From IMG/VR virus record IMGVR_UViG_3300033076_000665, positions 1 through 27,284 of that record: DNA of 27,284 nucleotides; one strand, given 5' to 3'. A model generated the notes under the pieces. It made no database searches. It saw only the letters and a list, made by a program, of their open reading frames with translations, and was not told where the DNA came from. This DNA is from a virus (taxonomy: Duplodnaviria > Caudoviricetes). Of this stretch, positions 15,297-23,483 are shown in pieces (the first letter of the stretch is position 1; each line of letters starts with the position of its first letter). A program made the translations under genes and the position numbers.

Positions 15297-16910
15297 TCAA
15301 GAATTTTTTACTTCACTATCGAACAGTCCAACGAGCAACGCGTTGTCAGAAACTTTGGTGTTCATTGCCTTGAAAAGTTTCTTCTCGATGGGGCTTGACT
15401 CGATGTGCACCACAGTAACTTTGTCGGAGTCTTGACCTTTACGATCAGCTCGTGCTATGCACTGGATGTACTGCTCCACGCTCATGAGCGGGCCATAGAA
15501 CACCACGGTGTCAGCTGCCGTTAAGGTAATGCCGTGTGCCGTTGCAGCTGGCTGCATGACGAGCACGCGGGGGCCGCGCATGCTGTTGATTGTGGTGCGT
15601 GTCTCAACGTCAGGGCAGTCGCGGGCGCTGAGTCCTTGGAACTCTTCAATGATCTTGCCGCGCTTCGTCGCACTCACGTCGCCGTGAATCTGCTCAACCG
15701 CTACGCCTTGCTTTTGCAGGTGCCGCACGATGGTGTCGATGCTGGAGCGGAACAGCGCGAAGATTATGACCTTACGGTTGGTTTCTTCCAGCACTTCATC
15801 GAGCACGTTCAAGCGCGGTGCAGCGTCGAACTCCACAACTTCCTTGTCGTCAGTGTACGCAGCGCCGCAGGAAATCTGCAGCAGCTTGTTCACCGCAACG
15901 CCAGCGTTGACTGCGCTGATCGTCTCACCCGCCGCACGCACCAAGAGCTGCTCTTTGAGCATCTTGTAGTACTTGTTCTGCTGGGCAGTCATCGGCACTT
16001 CGCGTGTGATCGTCATGACAGGTGGCAGATCAAGACACTGGGCTTTTGTGAAACGAATTGCAGGTTGCAGTGCACTGAACACTGTTGCCGTAGCGTCCGC
16101 TTTGGGGGCCCACTTGAACATGGTCACCTTGTTCATCACCTTGTCGCGCCATGCCGTGAAAAACTTGGGCACGCCCGCAGGGTTGACCAGCTTGGCCAGA
16201 CCGTACGCATCCACAGGGGACTGCGATGCCGGGGTACCTGTCATCATCCACAAGTAGGTCTCAGGCTTGATGATGCTTGCCAGCGCCTTCCAGCGCCGCG
16301 TGCTCGGGTTCTTGTACGCGTTGGCTTCGTCAACAATGACGAGGTCGAACTTGCCGTTGGCATTGATCTCGTCCGCAATCAGGTTCAAGCCATCGTAGTT
16401 GGTGATGACGATTTCGTAGTCGCGCTGAATCATCTCGATGCGCCGTGTCGACTGCGCATGGTGGGCCACCACAGCAGAGCGATGAATCACGCTGGAGTTG
16501 ATGTCGCCCATCCACGCACTGTGCATGATGGACAGCGGGCACAGAATCAACACACGACGCACATCACCGCGCTTCATGAGATAGTCTGCAGCCCACAAGG
16601 CGCTGAGCGTCTTGCCCGTACCGGGGTCGTTGAACACGAAGGCTCTTCGATTGAGCGTCAAGAAACCAGCGGTCTCCACTTGGTGCTGCATCGGCTTGTA
16701 CTTACCCGGCCAGTCGTAGCGTCCAGCGATTGGGCTTGGCGCGTTCTTCACCCCGAGGTTGCGCAGCACTCGCGCTTCGTCCAGACCCCAGTACACAGCC
16801 ACCTCATACGTGCCGTTCTTCTCAGAAAGAACTTTGTGCTTGGGAATGACGCTGTACTTGTGCGGGTTGCGTGTGCGCAGCACAAGCGCTTTGTTGTCAA
16901 TGATCTGCAT
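15297..16910 (-). CDS. SNF2-family (SF2) helicase
   Basis: Motif I NDPGTGKT, motif II VIVDEAN, motif III MTGTP, motif V AHGITLTAA and motif VI QCIARADRKGQ. The start at 16910 (MQIIDNK) overlaps the upstream stop (TAATG). Confidence 0.92.
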   Translation of the reverse strand: MQIIDNKALVLRTRNPHKYSVIPKHKVLSEKNGTYEVAVYWGLDEARVLRNLGVKNAPSPIAGRYDWPGKYKPMQHQVETAGFLTLNRRAFVFNDPGTGKTLSALWAADYLMKRGDVRRVLILCPLSIMHSAWMGDINSSVIHRSAVVAHHAQSTRRIEMIQRDYEIVITNYDGLNLIADEINANGKFDLVIVDEANAYKNPSTRRWKALASIIKPETYLWMMTGTPASQSPVDAYGLAKLVNPAGVPKFFTAWRDKVMNKVTMFKWAPKADATATVFSALQPAIRFTKAQCLDLPPVMTITREVPMTAQQNKYYKMLKEQLLVRAAGETISAVNAGVAVNKLLQISCGAAYTDDKEVVEFDAAPRLNVLDEVLEETNRKVIIFALFRSSIDTIVRHLQKQGVAVEQIHGDVSATKRGKIIEEFQGLSARDCPDVETRTTINSMRGPRVLVMQPAATAHGITLTAADTVVFYGPLMSVEQYIQCIARADRKGQDSDKVTVVHIESSPIEKKLFKAMNTKVSDNALLVGLFDSEVKNS

Positions 16911-17341
16911 TACACGTCTTCCTTCAGGCGGCACCAACCATGAACCGTTTCAAACAAACCGCTTGCGCTAAGGCGTGTGCACGCGTGAGAATAAAAATCG
17001 TATTTATGCTCATCGTTGCCGTTAACCCATTCGTCACCGTACTTAGCCCGCCACAACGTAACCAGCTGTGACAACGGTATTTGATACGCTTCGAGCTCGT
17101 TCGGATTGAATGTTTTGATAGGTGCTTGTATGCCGGCATTTACCCGGCGCTGCTTTGCTTGGTTGTACTGGTTCCCCAGCACACCAAGCTGTTGCGCTGA
17201 AGCGATGTTCTGCACCTCTTGAAAAGCGCCTATCTGATTGGCAAGCCCTTGGCCGTAACTGGCGCTATCCAGCGCGTGGCTACTTGTCTCGCTCGCCAGC
17301 ACGCCGGGGGCAAGCCCGGTGCTTTGATCCCATAAGCTCAT
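16910..17341 (-). CDS. Hypothetical protein (paralog of 17352..17723)
   Basis: AGGAGAACAACC-ATG RBS. C-terminal LVTLWRAKYGDEWV motif. Confidence 0.75.
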   Translation of the reverse strand: MSLWDQSTGLAPGVLASETSSHALDSASYGQGLANQIGAFQEVQNIASAQQLGVLGNQYNQAKQRRVNAGIQAPIKTFNPNELEAYQIPLSQLVTLWRAKYGDEWVNGNDEHKYDFYSHACTRLSASGLFETVHGWCRLKEDV

Positions 17342-17351
17342 GGTTGTTCTC

Positions 17352-17723
17352 CTATTCAGGTTTGCGACAGACGAAGCGCGCTCTGTCTGTCAGGTAGTGT
17401 TGTTCTAGCTGGCCTGTTTGTCGCAGGCGTTTGTACACACGTGTGAATGTTTGATCGTCCTCTAGCTTGTCGAGGTCAACCCATTCATTGCCGAATCGAG
17501 CAACCCACAGGTTGAGCAGGTCTTCGATCTTCGCCTCGAATATCTCACTGGTCAGGTCAGCCATGTTGATTCGATCGAGGTCTGTGATGACACCGCCCGG
17601 GGCGGTGATGGTGTGTGTCGGGCCAGTGCTACCGAACGGACCACCACTGCTGGTACTGATTATGTACGGCGAGCTTGTGGTGGTCGTTGTGTCCGTTATG
17701 TACGGGAGTCCTGTCAGGCTCAT
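17352..17723 (-). CDS. Hypothetical protein (paralog of 16910..17341)
   Basis: ATGA overlap with the upstream HNH gene. Thr/Ser-rich N-terminus and LLNLWVARFGNEWV motif. Confidence 0.75.
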   Translation of the reverse strand: MSLTGLPYITDTTTTTSSPYIISTSSGGPFGSTGPTHTITAPGGVITDLDRINMADLTSEIFEAKIEDLLNLWVARFGNEWVDLDKLEDDQTFTRVYKRLRQTGQLEQHYLTDRARFVCRKPE

Positions 17724-17980
17724 TTGATCGAGTGGTCTGCGTTGCGTTTGTACGTGCGGTTGGCGCTCGCGGTCTTCACCGTGAGGTTGCTGCGCGTCGT
17801 CGTGCCACCTTTGGACAGCGGCTTCTTGTGGTCAACGTCCTTGCCGTCGCCCTTGTGCACGACACCTTCCTTCATCAACATGCGACGCGCTTTGTTGCGC
17901 GCTGCACGGGCCTTCTTGGCCTTCTCGGTTTGATCGTACGCCGGGTAGCTGGCGCGGTCTTCTTTGTTTGCGTAGGGCAT
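17720..17980 (-). CDS. Small HNH endonuclease-like protein
   Basis: Basic N-terminus plus GDGKDVDHKKPLSKGG...SNL...SANR (HNH/HNN pattern). AAGGAG RBS. Confidence 0.8.
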   Translation of the reverse strand: MPYANKEDRASYPAYDQTEKAKKARAARNKARRMLMKEGVVHKGDGKDVDHKKPLSKGGTTTRSNLTVKTASANRTYKRNADHSIK

Positions 17981-17989
17981 GATGGCTCC

Positions 17990-18655
17990 TTAGTGTTTAG
18001 GGTTGAACTCGCAGCCGGTGACTTGGCACCATTTGCAAAGTGGGGTTTGATTTGGATTCCACACGTTGTTGTCGAAACAAGCCTCCAGTCTAGCCGTGCG
18101 CTCACGATAACGCCACCATGCTGCATGCTTGGCGTCGCGCATCATTTGCATCTTGACCATGGAGTTCTTGACGATGAACAGCAGCGCTGAGTTCACCTTG
18201 CGGATATGGGGGAAGTGCTCGAACACCATGATGGACATCAGCACCAACTGATCACGGTCTGGGTACTTGTCGTTGCCCGTCTTGTAGTCGATCACCCACG
18301 CTGTAAGGTTGTCGTCATCTACGATCAGCAAGTCCGCGATGCCGCGCACCCAGACGTTGGGGTCTTTCCACGGCACAGGCTTGAGATCAGTGGTCAGCGC
18401 CATTTCGTACTCGGCCAACTTGCGACCGGGTTTCTTGAGCAAGCTGTCCACCACGTCTTTGAACTGCGCGTGTTCAGGAGGGATGGGTTTGCCGTCGCGC
18501 ACATACAGCTCAAGCGACTCATGCACTTGGTTACCGTAGCGCGTTGCCTCGGTCTCTTGGAACGGGTACTTCTTGAGCACCTTGACCTCGTGGTATCGGC
18601 GCTGACAGCCCTCGAAGTCTTTGAGGGAGGAGTGTGACCATGCTGGTTTTTTCAT
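17990..18655 (-). CDS. PD-(D/E)XK exonuclease (Cas4/RecB-like)
   Basis: WSHSSLKDFEGC, GNQVHESLE, RGIADLL, IDYKTG, QL and C-terminal CKWC...C cluster. Confidence 0.88.
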   Translation of the reverse strand: MKKPAWSHSSLKDFEGCQRRYHEVKVLKKYPFQETEATRYGNQVHESLELYVRDGKPIPPEHAQFKDVVDSLLKKPGRKLAEYEMALTTDLKPVPWKDPNVWVRGIADLLIVDDDNLTAWVIDYKTGNDKYPDRDQLVLMSIMVFEHFPHIRKVNSALLFIVKNSMVKMQMMRDAKHAAWWRYRERTARLEACFDNNVWNPNQTPLCKWCQVTGCEFNPKH

Positions 18656-18834
18656 GTGCTTTCCTTTTTGCTGCTTGCCGCAAGCTGTTGCGCAAAGTCG
18701 TAGTACTCATGCGGAGGAACCACGCGCACAACGGCTACGCCGTCTTTGTCGAGCGTTGTCACCATCAGGCCCATGCCAAAAATCAGGGCGTTGACCATCA
18801 GTTGTTCTTGAGAGTTTTCTGGAATGTTGTTCAT
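18652..18834 (-). CDS. Hypothetical protein (60 aa, MNNIPENSQEQLMVNALIFGMG...)
   Basis: Start at 18834 with AGGA RBS. ATGA overlaps at both ends. Confidence 0.6.
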   Translation of the reverse strand: MNNIPENSQEQLMVNALIFGMGLMVTTLDKDGVAVVRVVPPHEYYDFAQQLAASSKKEST

Positions 18835-19058
18835 AACTTGTTTCCTAGTTCTTTGAGGCGGTTGTACATGAGCATGTATTCGAGGGCGTCTTGCAGTGTT
18901 TGGTGGCAGGAGTACCCGATGTAGCTTGCGCTGTTTGGGCGCACCATCCATTGGTCGCCGTCAGTATCCAGTCTGACGTCCCAGTCTGCGTACTCGAACA
19001 GGATTTTGATGGCATCATCGTCAAGCGCCTCAGTCGAATTTTGCGGAGTGGATGGCAT
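18831..19058 (-). CDS. Hypothetical protein (75 aa, MPSTPQNSTEALDDD...)
   Basis: ATG at 19058 with GAGG RBS. The stop overlaps the next gene's ATG. Confidence 0.6.
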   Translation of the reverse strand: MPSTPQNSTEALDDDAIKILFEYADWDVRLDTDGDQWMVRPNSASYIGYSCHQTLQDALEYMLMYNRLKELGNKL

Positions 19059-19338
19059 CGTTGAGCCTCTTGGAAAACTCAAGCACAAACTTCTCGTCGG
19101 TAAACAGGCGGTGCCCCATGTCGAACAGGATGCCGTGCGTGACCTCGTGCCAGAAAGTCTCTGCGCGTTCCTTGGGCGTACGCTTTTTGCGAGAGATGTT
19201 GTGATAGTGCGCAACGTGGATGTCCGTGTTGGCGTAGTCGATGTAGCCGACGGCCCCTTTGAACGGCACAAACTGTGTGTGCACAATCTTGTAGCGTGTC
19301 TTGCCTATCTTGAGGCTGGTTGGTATGGGCATGTTCAT
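19030..19338 (-). CDS. Small HExxH zincin-like metallopeptidase
   Basis: ETFWHEVTHGIL (HExxH at 19135-19149) plus downstream DEKFV. AGGAGAACAACC-ATG RBS. Confidence 0.7.
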   Translation of the reverse strand: MNMPIPTSLKIGKTRYKIVHTQFVPFKGAVGYIDYANTDIHVAHYHNISRKKRTPKERAETFWHEVTHGILFDMGHRLFTDEKFVLEFSKRLNDAIHSAKFD

Positions 19339-19351
19339 GGTTGTTCTCCTG

Positions 19352-21361
19352 TCAGTTCTTGGCAAGGCCATATCTACGGTGAGCGCCACCGTCAGCGGCC
19401 AGAGGAATCCCCGGCAAATACTTCGGCTCCACGGTCATCTGCGCCAAGACCCAAGTCTTAGCGTCAGCAACCTCTGCATCTGGCACAACTGCAATCAATT
19501 CATCATGCACTGTGCCTGCCACGGGGTACTTCTTCGCCACCCGCAACATTCCGTCCGTCATCACAATCCGCGCTGTACCCTGCACCACGTTGTTCGTGAT
19601 CTTGCCGGGATACAGCTTCGTCGCATCTTCACCGTACACCCACTGCAGGTCGCCGTCTTTGATCGAGCCGTCCGGCTGCTTGACTTTCTCGCGCTCTTGC
19701 CGCAGGTTCGGGTACAGGAGACTCATGCCGTTTGGCAATACGATCTCCTCCTTTTTGAAGGTAAGGCATTTATACACTACCTCTTTTCCGCCGTAAAGGG
19801 ACTTCTCCAAAAGATGTCCACACATCTCCCAGAACGCCACCACAGGGTGCGCCGTGGCCCGGTATTTGTCGATGATCATCTTGGCCGCAAGGCAGTGCAC
19901 CAGCAGCTCCTCGTCGGTGCAGGTGTGGGGAATCTCCAACATCTTCTTCTCGTTGTCCTTGTAGCTCAAGAACTTCTCGATGTGCGCTGACGTGACGCCC
20001 AGCTTCTTTGCAAACGCTTTGTCGTACCGGACAGGCGGCGCACCGAGGAAACCAACGAGTAGCTGCGCGGCGAAGCTGGCCCACCCCAGTCCATAACCGC
20101 ACCCCAGAAGCGCTGACTTGGCCGACTGGCGCAGGTCAGGGTGGCTCTCTTTGGTCATTCCGGGGATGTTGAACATCTGAGCACCGAACGCTGCGTAGGG
20201 GTCACCGCCTTGCTTGAAGATCAGCAGCATGTCCTCGTAGTCGGCCAGCCATGCCAGCACGCGGGGTTCGATCTGAGACAAGTCACCGACGACAAGCTGG
20301 TGCCCCTCTGGGGCCATGATGGCCTTGCGCAGAAACGAGCCGCGCTTTAAGTTCTGCATGTTGATGGCCGAGCCCTTGGCTGCTGTCCAGCGCCCAGACT
20401 TCGCGCCGTAGTACGAGAGCGGTACAGGTAGTCTTCCACGCTTCGAGATGTCCAAAAACCGCTGCGCCCGCGTACGCTCTGTGGTCGACTTGACCTTGAG
20501 GCGAGCTTCACAAAGAGCGGCAATGTCTTCGTTGTCCCCGTTAAGCATCGCTTGAAAAAGCGCGTCGTTCTTTGCAAGAGCAAGCGTCTGTTTGCCAGTG
20601 GTCTTGCTTTTCTTGTACGGAGGTGTTGCGCCAAGCGATAGGAGGACTTCTGCAAACTGCTTGTTGGATGCGAGCGATGCTTCGTCCACGCCGATTTTCT
20701 TGAGTAGTGCTTCACGTTTTTCCTTCTCCTCACCAAGCGCATCGACCAACATGTTTTGATCAAGCTCCAGCAGTGGTCGTGTGTACATCTTGAGCGTCAT
20801 GTCGATCAGGCGCAGCTCCGACTTGGGGTACTGCCAGCCGCCTAGCTTGAAGAAAATCTGCTCACACAGCCACGTGTCATGGCAGCAGTACTCGGCCAGA
20901 ATCTTCTCAACGCGTGGCGGCAACGCGTCAAGGATGTTTTCCGACGGACTCAAGCCGTCGCCCTTTGGCGGCAGGCCGAACTGCTCTGCAAGTCTCTTCA
21001 GGCTGTTGCCTACTTCAACCCCACGCAGAGCACGCCCCATGCTGAGGGTGTCCATGATGAATGCCGGATGAGCGTTGTAGTGCCAAGCCATTACTGACAC
21101 ATCGAACATGGCGTTTTGGGCCAGCACAGCAGTCCTGCTCCAGTCAATCGAAGCGAAGAACGCCGGAAGGTCTCTGCGTGTCACCCATACCGGTGCGTCG
21201 TCGCTGCCCAACCACTTCCACGACAACCCCCACGCCTTGAATCGTGGGTCGCGTACGTACTCTTCGTTGGTCTGGTGTGTGAAGCCCAGCTGAATGTCCG
21301 CTGCGCGGCCCCACGAAGTTTCAAAGTCAAGCACGACGGCTTGATCAAACGGTTTGCTCAT
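19352..21361 (-). CDS. polA: Phage DNA polymerase, family A, with 3'-5' exonuclease domain
   Basis: ExoI LDFET, ExoII QNAMFD and ExoIII YCCHD. Motif A GDLSQIEPRV, motif B RQSAKSALLGCGYG and motif C TVHDE. Start at 21361 with GAGGAG RBS. Confidence 0.95.
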   Translation of the reverse strand: MSKPFDQAVVLDFETSWGRAADIQLGFTHQTNEEYVRDPRFKAWGLSWKWLGSDDAPVWVTRRDLPAFFASIDWSRTAVLAQNAMFDVSVMAWHYNAHPAFIMDTLSMGRALRGVEVGNSLKRLAEQFGLPPKGDGLSPSENILDALPPRVEKILAEYCCHDTWLCEQIFFKLGGWQYPKSELRLIDMTLKMYTRPLLELDQNMLVDALGEEKEKREALLKKIGVDEASLASNKQFAEVLLSLGATPPYKKSKTTGKQTLALAKNDALFQAMLNGDNEDIAALCEARLKVKSTTERTRAQRFLDISKRGRLPVPLSYYGAKSGRWTAAKGSAINMQNLKRGSFLRKAIMAPEGHQLVVGDLSQIEPRVLAWLADYEDMLLIFKQGGDPYAAFGAQMFNIPGMTKESHPDLRQSAKSALLGCGYGLGWASFAAQLLVGFLGAPPVRYDKAFAKKLGVTSAHIEKFLSYKDNEKKMLEIPHTCTDEELLVHCLAAKMIIDKYRATAHPVVAFWEMCGHLLEKSLYGGKEVVYKCLTFKKEEIVLPNGMSLLYPNLRQEREKVKQPDGSIKDGDLQWVYGEDATKLYPGKITNNVVQGTARIVMTDGMLRVAKKYPVAGTVHDELIAVVPDAEVADAKTWVLAQMTVEPKYLPGIPLAADGGAHRRYGLAKN

Positions 21362-21369
21362 AGTTCTCC

Positions 21370-21666
21370 TCAGTGTGCTTGGTAGTGTTCGGGCATCTTC
21401 TGGAACGCCTGAAGGTTGAGCCTGTCGTAGCAGGCGCTGACCATGCCTGCTGTATCCCATGGGTCGGCGTTGATGCTCAACGTAGCCATGACCTCGTCGT
21501 TGCTCATGATGATTACGGCCCTCTGATTGCGCTCGTCGTCATAACAGGCTGCCAACATGGTCAGCATCTCTGCGAAGTGTTCCTTCTGTTCTTTGCTGCC
21601 GTGCTTGGACAGCTTCATGATTGCAGCGGTGGCTGCTGCCGAAATTGTTTTGCTTACTTCATCCAC
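21370..21666 (-). CDS. Hypothetical protein (98 aa, GTG start)
   Basis: GGAGG-ACATACA-GTG at 21666, in frame with the listed 21370..21843 ORF. Confidence 0.65.
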   Translation of the reverse strand: MDEVSKTISAAATAAIMKLSKHGSKEQKEHFAEMLTMLAACYDDERNQRAVIIMSNDEVMATLSINADPWDTAGMVSACYDRLNLQAFQKMPEHYQAH

Positions 21667-21965
21667 TGTATGTCCTCCATAGCTTGTAGTGTGTGCGCCA
21701 ACAGGGGCAGTGTTGTTTCGTTGATCACAAGGGCGACGCCCTTGCTTGCACGTATGCGCTCGATGTTGGCGTCCTGCAGTGCAGTAGTCTTGCCCTTGCC
21801 CGCCTTTGCCTCGATGGCAAGAAAGAACCCATTGTGGCAACACAAGAAGTCAGGCACGCCATGATTACCCATACCATTACTTACCGGCATAACAAAGTAA
21901 ACGCCTGCGTCTTTCAGCATTTTCTTAATCTGGGACTTAACGCGCCCCTCGGGGGTTGTAGCCAT
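21654..21965 (-). CDS. VRR-NUC domain nuclease (probable Holliday junction resolvase)
   Basis: TPEGRVK...GVPDFLCC..G.FLAIEAKAGKGKTTALQ. AAGGA RBS before the ATG at 21965. Confidence 0.88.
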   Translation of the reverse strand: MATTPEGRVKSQIKKMLKDAGVYFVMPVSNGMGNHGVPDFLCCHNGFFLAIEAKAGKGKTTALQDANIERIRASKGVALVINETTLPLLAHTLQAMEDIQWMK

Positions 21966-22599
21966 CGAGTGTTCCTTTCTTTCTAAGCTGTGCGTACACG
22001 GCACCGTTTGTTACACCAAGCTTGCGTGCGGCTGCTGTTGCCGACATTCGCACCCCATCCAGTACTACCCACACCGTAGAGCGCCTGTTTGTTGCCTGCA
22101 CAACAGGTGTAGCCCAGCGTACGTTACCGGGTTCGTACCCTTTTGTTGTATCAATACGATCTAGCGTCGTGTTAGGCGGTCTGTCTCCTACATCCGAGCA
22201 AAACCGTTTGAATGACTTTGCCCACGGGGCATAGAACGTAATACCAACAGCGCCGTAGCGGTAGAAATCCTTATCGGACGGTTCCAAGCAGCGCCGACGC
22301 GCAGATATGTAGCTGTTATATTCCCGCTGGTGCGCTTGTCGCCAAGGGTCTGTCGATTGTTTGTTTCGCTCGATGAGCTGCTTTTTGTGTAAACATCCGC
22401 AGGAGCGGGCAGCGCCGGAGGTGACGTCGTTTGTCCGCACAACAACTCGCTGCCCGCAATCGCATACCGCCCTCCATACCGCTTGGTTTTTAGGGGTGCG
22501 CCCTAAGTACTCTTCTATCTGTAGCAGATCAAACCGTGTACCGATAAGCTCTGCGGAACGGCCTGTTTTCTTTACTTTCGCCTCGGGGGTCATTGCCAT
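21937..22599 (-). mobile_element. Free-standing HNH-family homing endonuclease gene (CDCG/SCGC zinc module, LDRID..GY.PGNVRWAT, C-terminal HTH)
   Basis: WRAVCDCG...SCGC, TLDRIDTTKGYEPGNVRWATPVVQATNRR and C-terminal TAAARKLGVTNGAVYAQL. The ATG at 22599 overlaps the upstream TAA. Mobility is inferred from the family. Confidence 0.8.
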
Positions 22600-23012
22600 T
22601 AGAAATCCTTGTCCTTGATTGCAAACGGTCGCTGCGCCTGCAGGGCGGCAGCATCTTTGTACATCGCGGCTGCAACTTTTTCGTCGCCAATGCTTACGCG
22701 ACTCGCGGGGGTGTTGTCGCAACCAAAGAACGCATCCAAGTCCGCGCCCTTGAGGTGCTTGAAATCGCCTTCGTATTCAATCACGACGCCCACTATGCGG
22801 AAGAACTTATAGATCGTGTGGTACACGCGCAGCGAGGCCGTTGTTTCTGTTGCGGTGCGTACACGTATTGCGAGCGCTTCGCGTGCTGCTTCTGCTGTTG
22901 CAGCGTAGCTGCGCACAATCGCCAACTCTTTTTCCAGCGCGTCCATACGCTCTGCCTGCGCCGCGTGGGCTAGCCGCTGCAGCGGCGGCTTTTTCCACTG
23001 TGCTTTCTTCAT
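22599..23012 (-). CDS. Hypothetical protein (137 aa, N-terminal coiled coil)
   Basis: GGAGAATCAACC-ATG RBS. TAATG coupling to the next gene. Confidence 0.65.
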   Translation of the reverse strand: MKKAQWKKPPLQRLAHAAQAERMDALEKELAIVRSYAATAEAAREALAIRVRTATETTASLRVYHTIYKFFRIVGVVIEYEGDFKHLKGADLDAFFGCDNTPASRVSIGDEKVAAAMYKDAAALQAQRPFAIKDKDF

Positions 23013-23044
23013 GGTTGATTCTCCGTAATAGGTTTGTAGGAAGT

Positions 23045-23170
23045 AGGGGGACAGCAGATTCCGCGCCCCCTGTCGCGGTGAGGAGTAATGGGTAAGATAG
23101 GCAACCTCGGGCTGAGCACCCTCTTACCCCGCGAAGCGTAGTCACATCTGCAAGGATCGTACGCCGCGCC
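23045..23170 (-). ncRNA. Candidate structured RNA (three stem domains plus loop-loop pseudoknot), family not recognised
   Basis: Inverted repeats 23045-50/23066-71, 23073-78/23129-34, 23091-97/23122-28 and 23136-40/23160-64. Complementary loop hexamers at 23054-59 and 23146-51. It occupies the largest intergenic gap. Strand is inferred from the flanking genes. Confidence 0.5.
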
Positions 23171-23180
23171 AACCATGGAC

Positions 23181-23462
23181 TCAGCCCTTGGTGTTCTGTC
23201 GCTGGTGCGCTTGTTGGTTGCGAACTTCTGCCAGCTTCAACGCGTAGTGCCGCGCCTTGTTGGCGTCGTCACTGTCTTTCTTGCCTTGGCGCATGCCGTA
23301 TTTGATCACATTGCCTTTGAGGTAGCCGACCCATTCTTCGGGCGTCAGTACCGCCTCCATCACAGCCCACGGCTGGATGCCCATGTCTTTGTAGTGTTGG
23401 CCGCCCACTTGCAGATCGTCTGCAGCCATGCCGTTGATTCCGGGTTTGATCGTGTTTGTCAT
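23181..23462 (-). CDS. DUF3310 protein (related to T7 gp1.7 nucleotide kinase)
   Basis: QVGGQHYK..IQPW...GYLKGNVIKY..R.GKK...D..KA.HY signature. Confidence 0.85.
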   Translation of the reverse strand: MTNTIKPGINGMAADDLQVGGQHYKDMGIQPWAVMEAVLTPEEWVGYLKGNVIKYGMRQGKKDSDDANKARHYALKLAEVRNQQAHQRQNTKG

Positions 23463-23483
23463 AGCAGTGCTTCCTCTGTTTGG

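Noticed and set aside
15534-16943. 469-aa + strand ORF (also 14088..14897, 13660..14508, 11211..11843, 19301..19990)
   Set aside because: These are antisense to well-supported helicase, SSB, primase and polymerase genes, and their composition is typical of shadow frames.
17990-18655. Cas4-like nuclease as evidence of a CRISPR system
   Set aside because: Stand-alone Cas4-like exonucleases are routine in phage replication modules.
21937-22599. Group I intron or intein around the endonuclease
   Set aside because: There is no non-coding room for an intron core and no intein termini. The downstream VRR-NUC has its own RBS and start.
23045-23170. tRNA or known self-cleaving ribozyme
   Set aside because: No T-loop GTTCGA or cloverleaf, no hammerhead CUGANGA/GAAA core, and twister, pistol and HDV consensus elements could not be fitted by eye.
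22807-23172. 121-aa minus-strand ORF crossing the intergenic gap
   Set aside because: It has a TTG start without an RBS, overlaps the 22599..23012 gene out of frame and has no protein-like motifs. RNA structure explains the region better, though coding is not strictly excluded.
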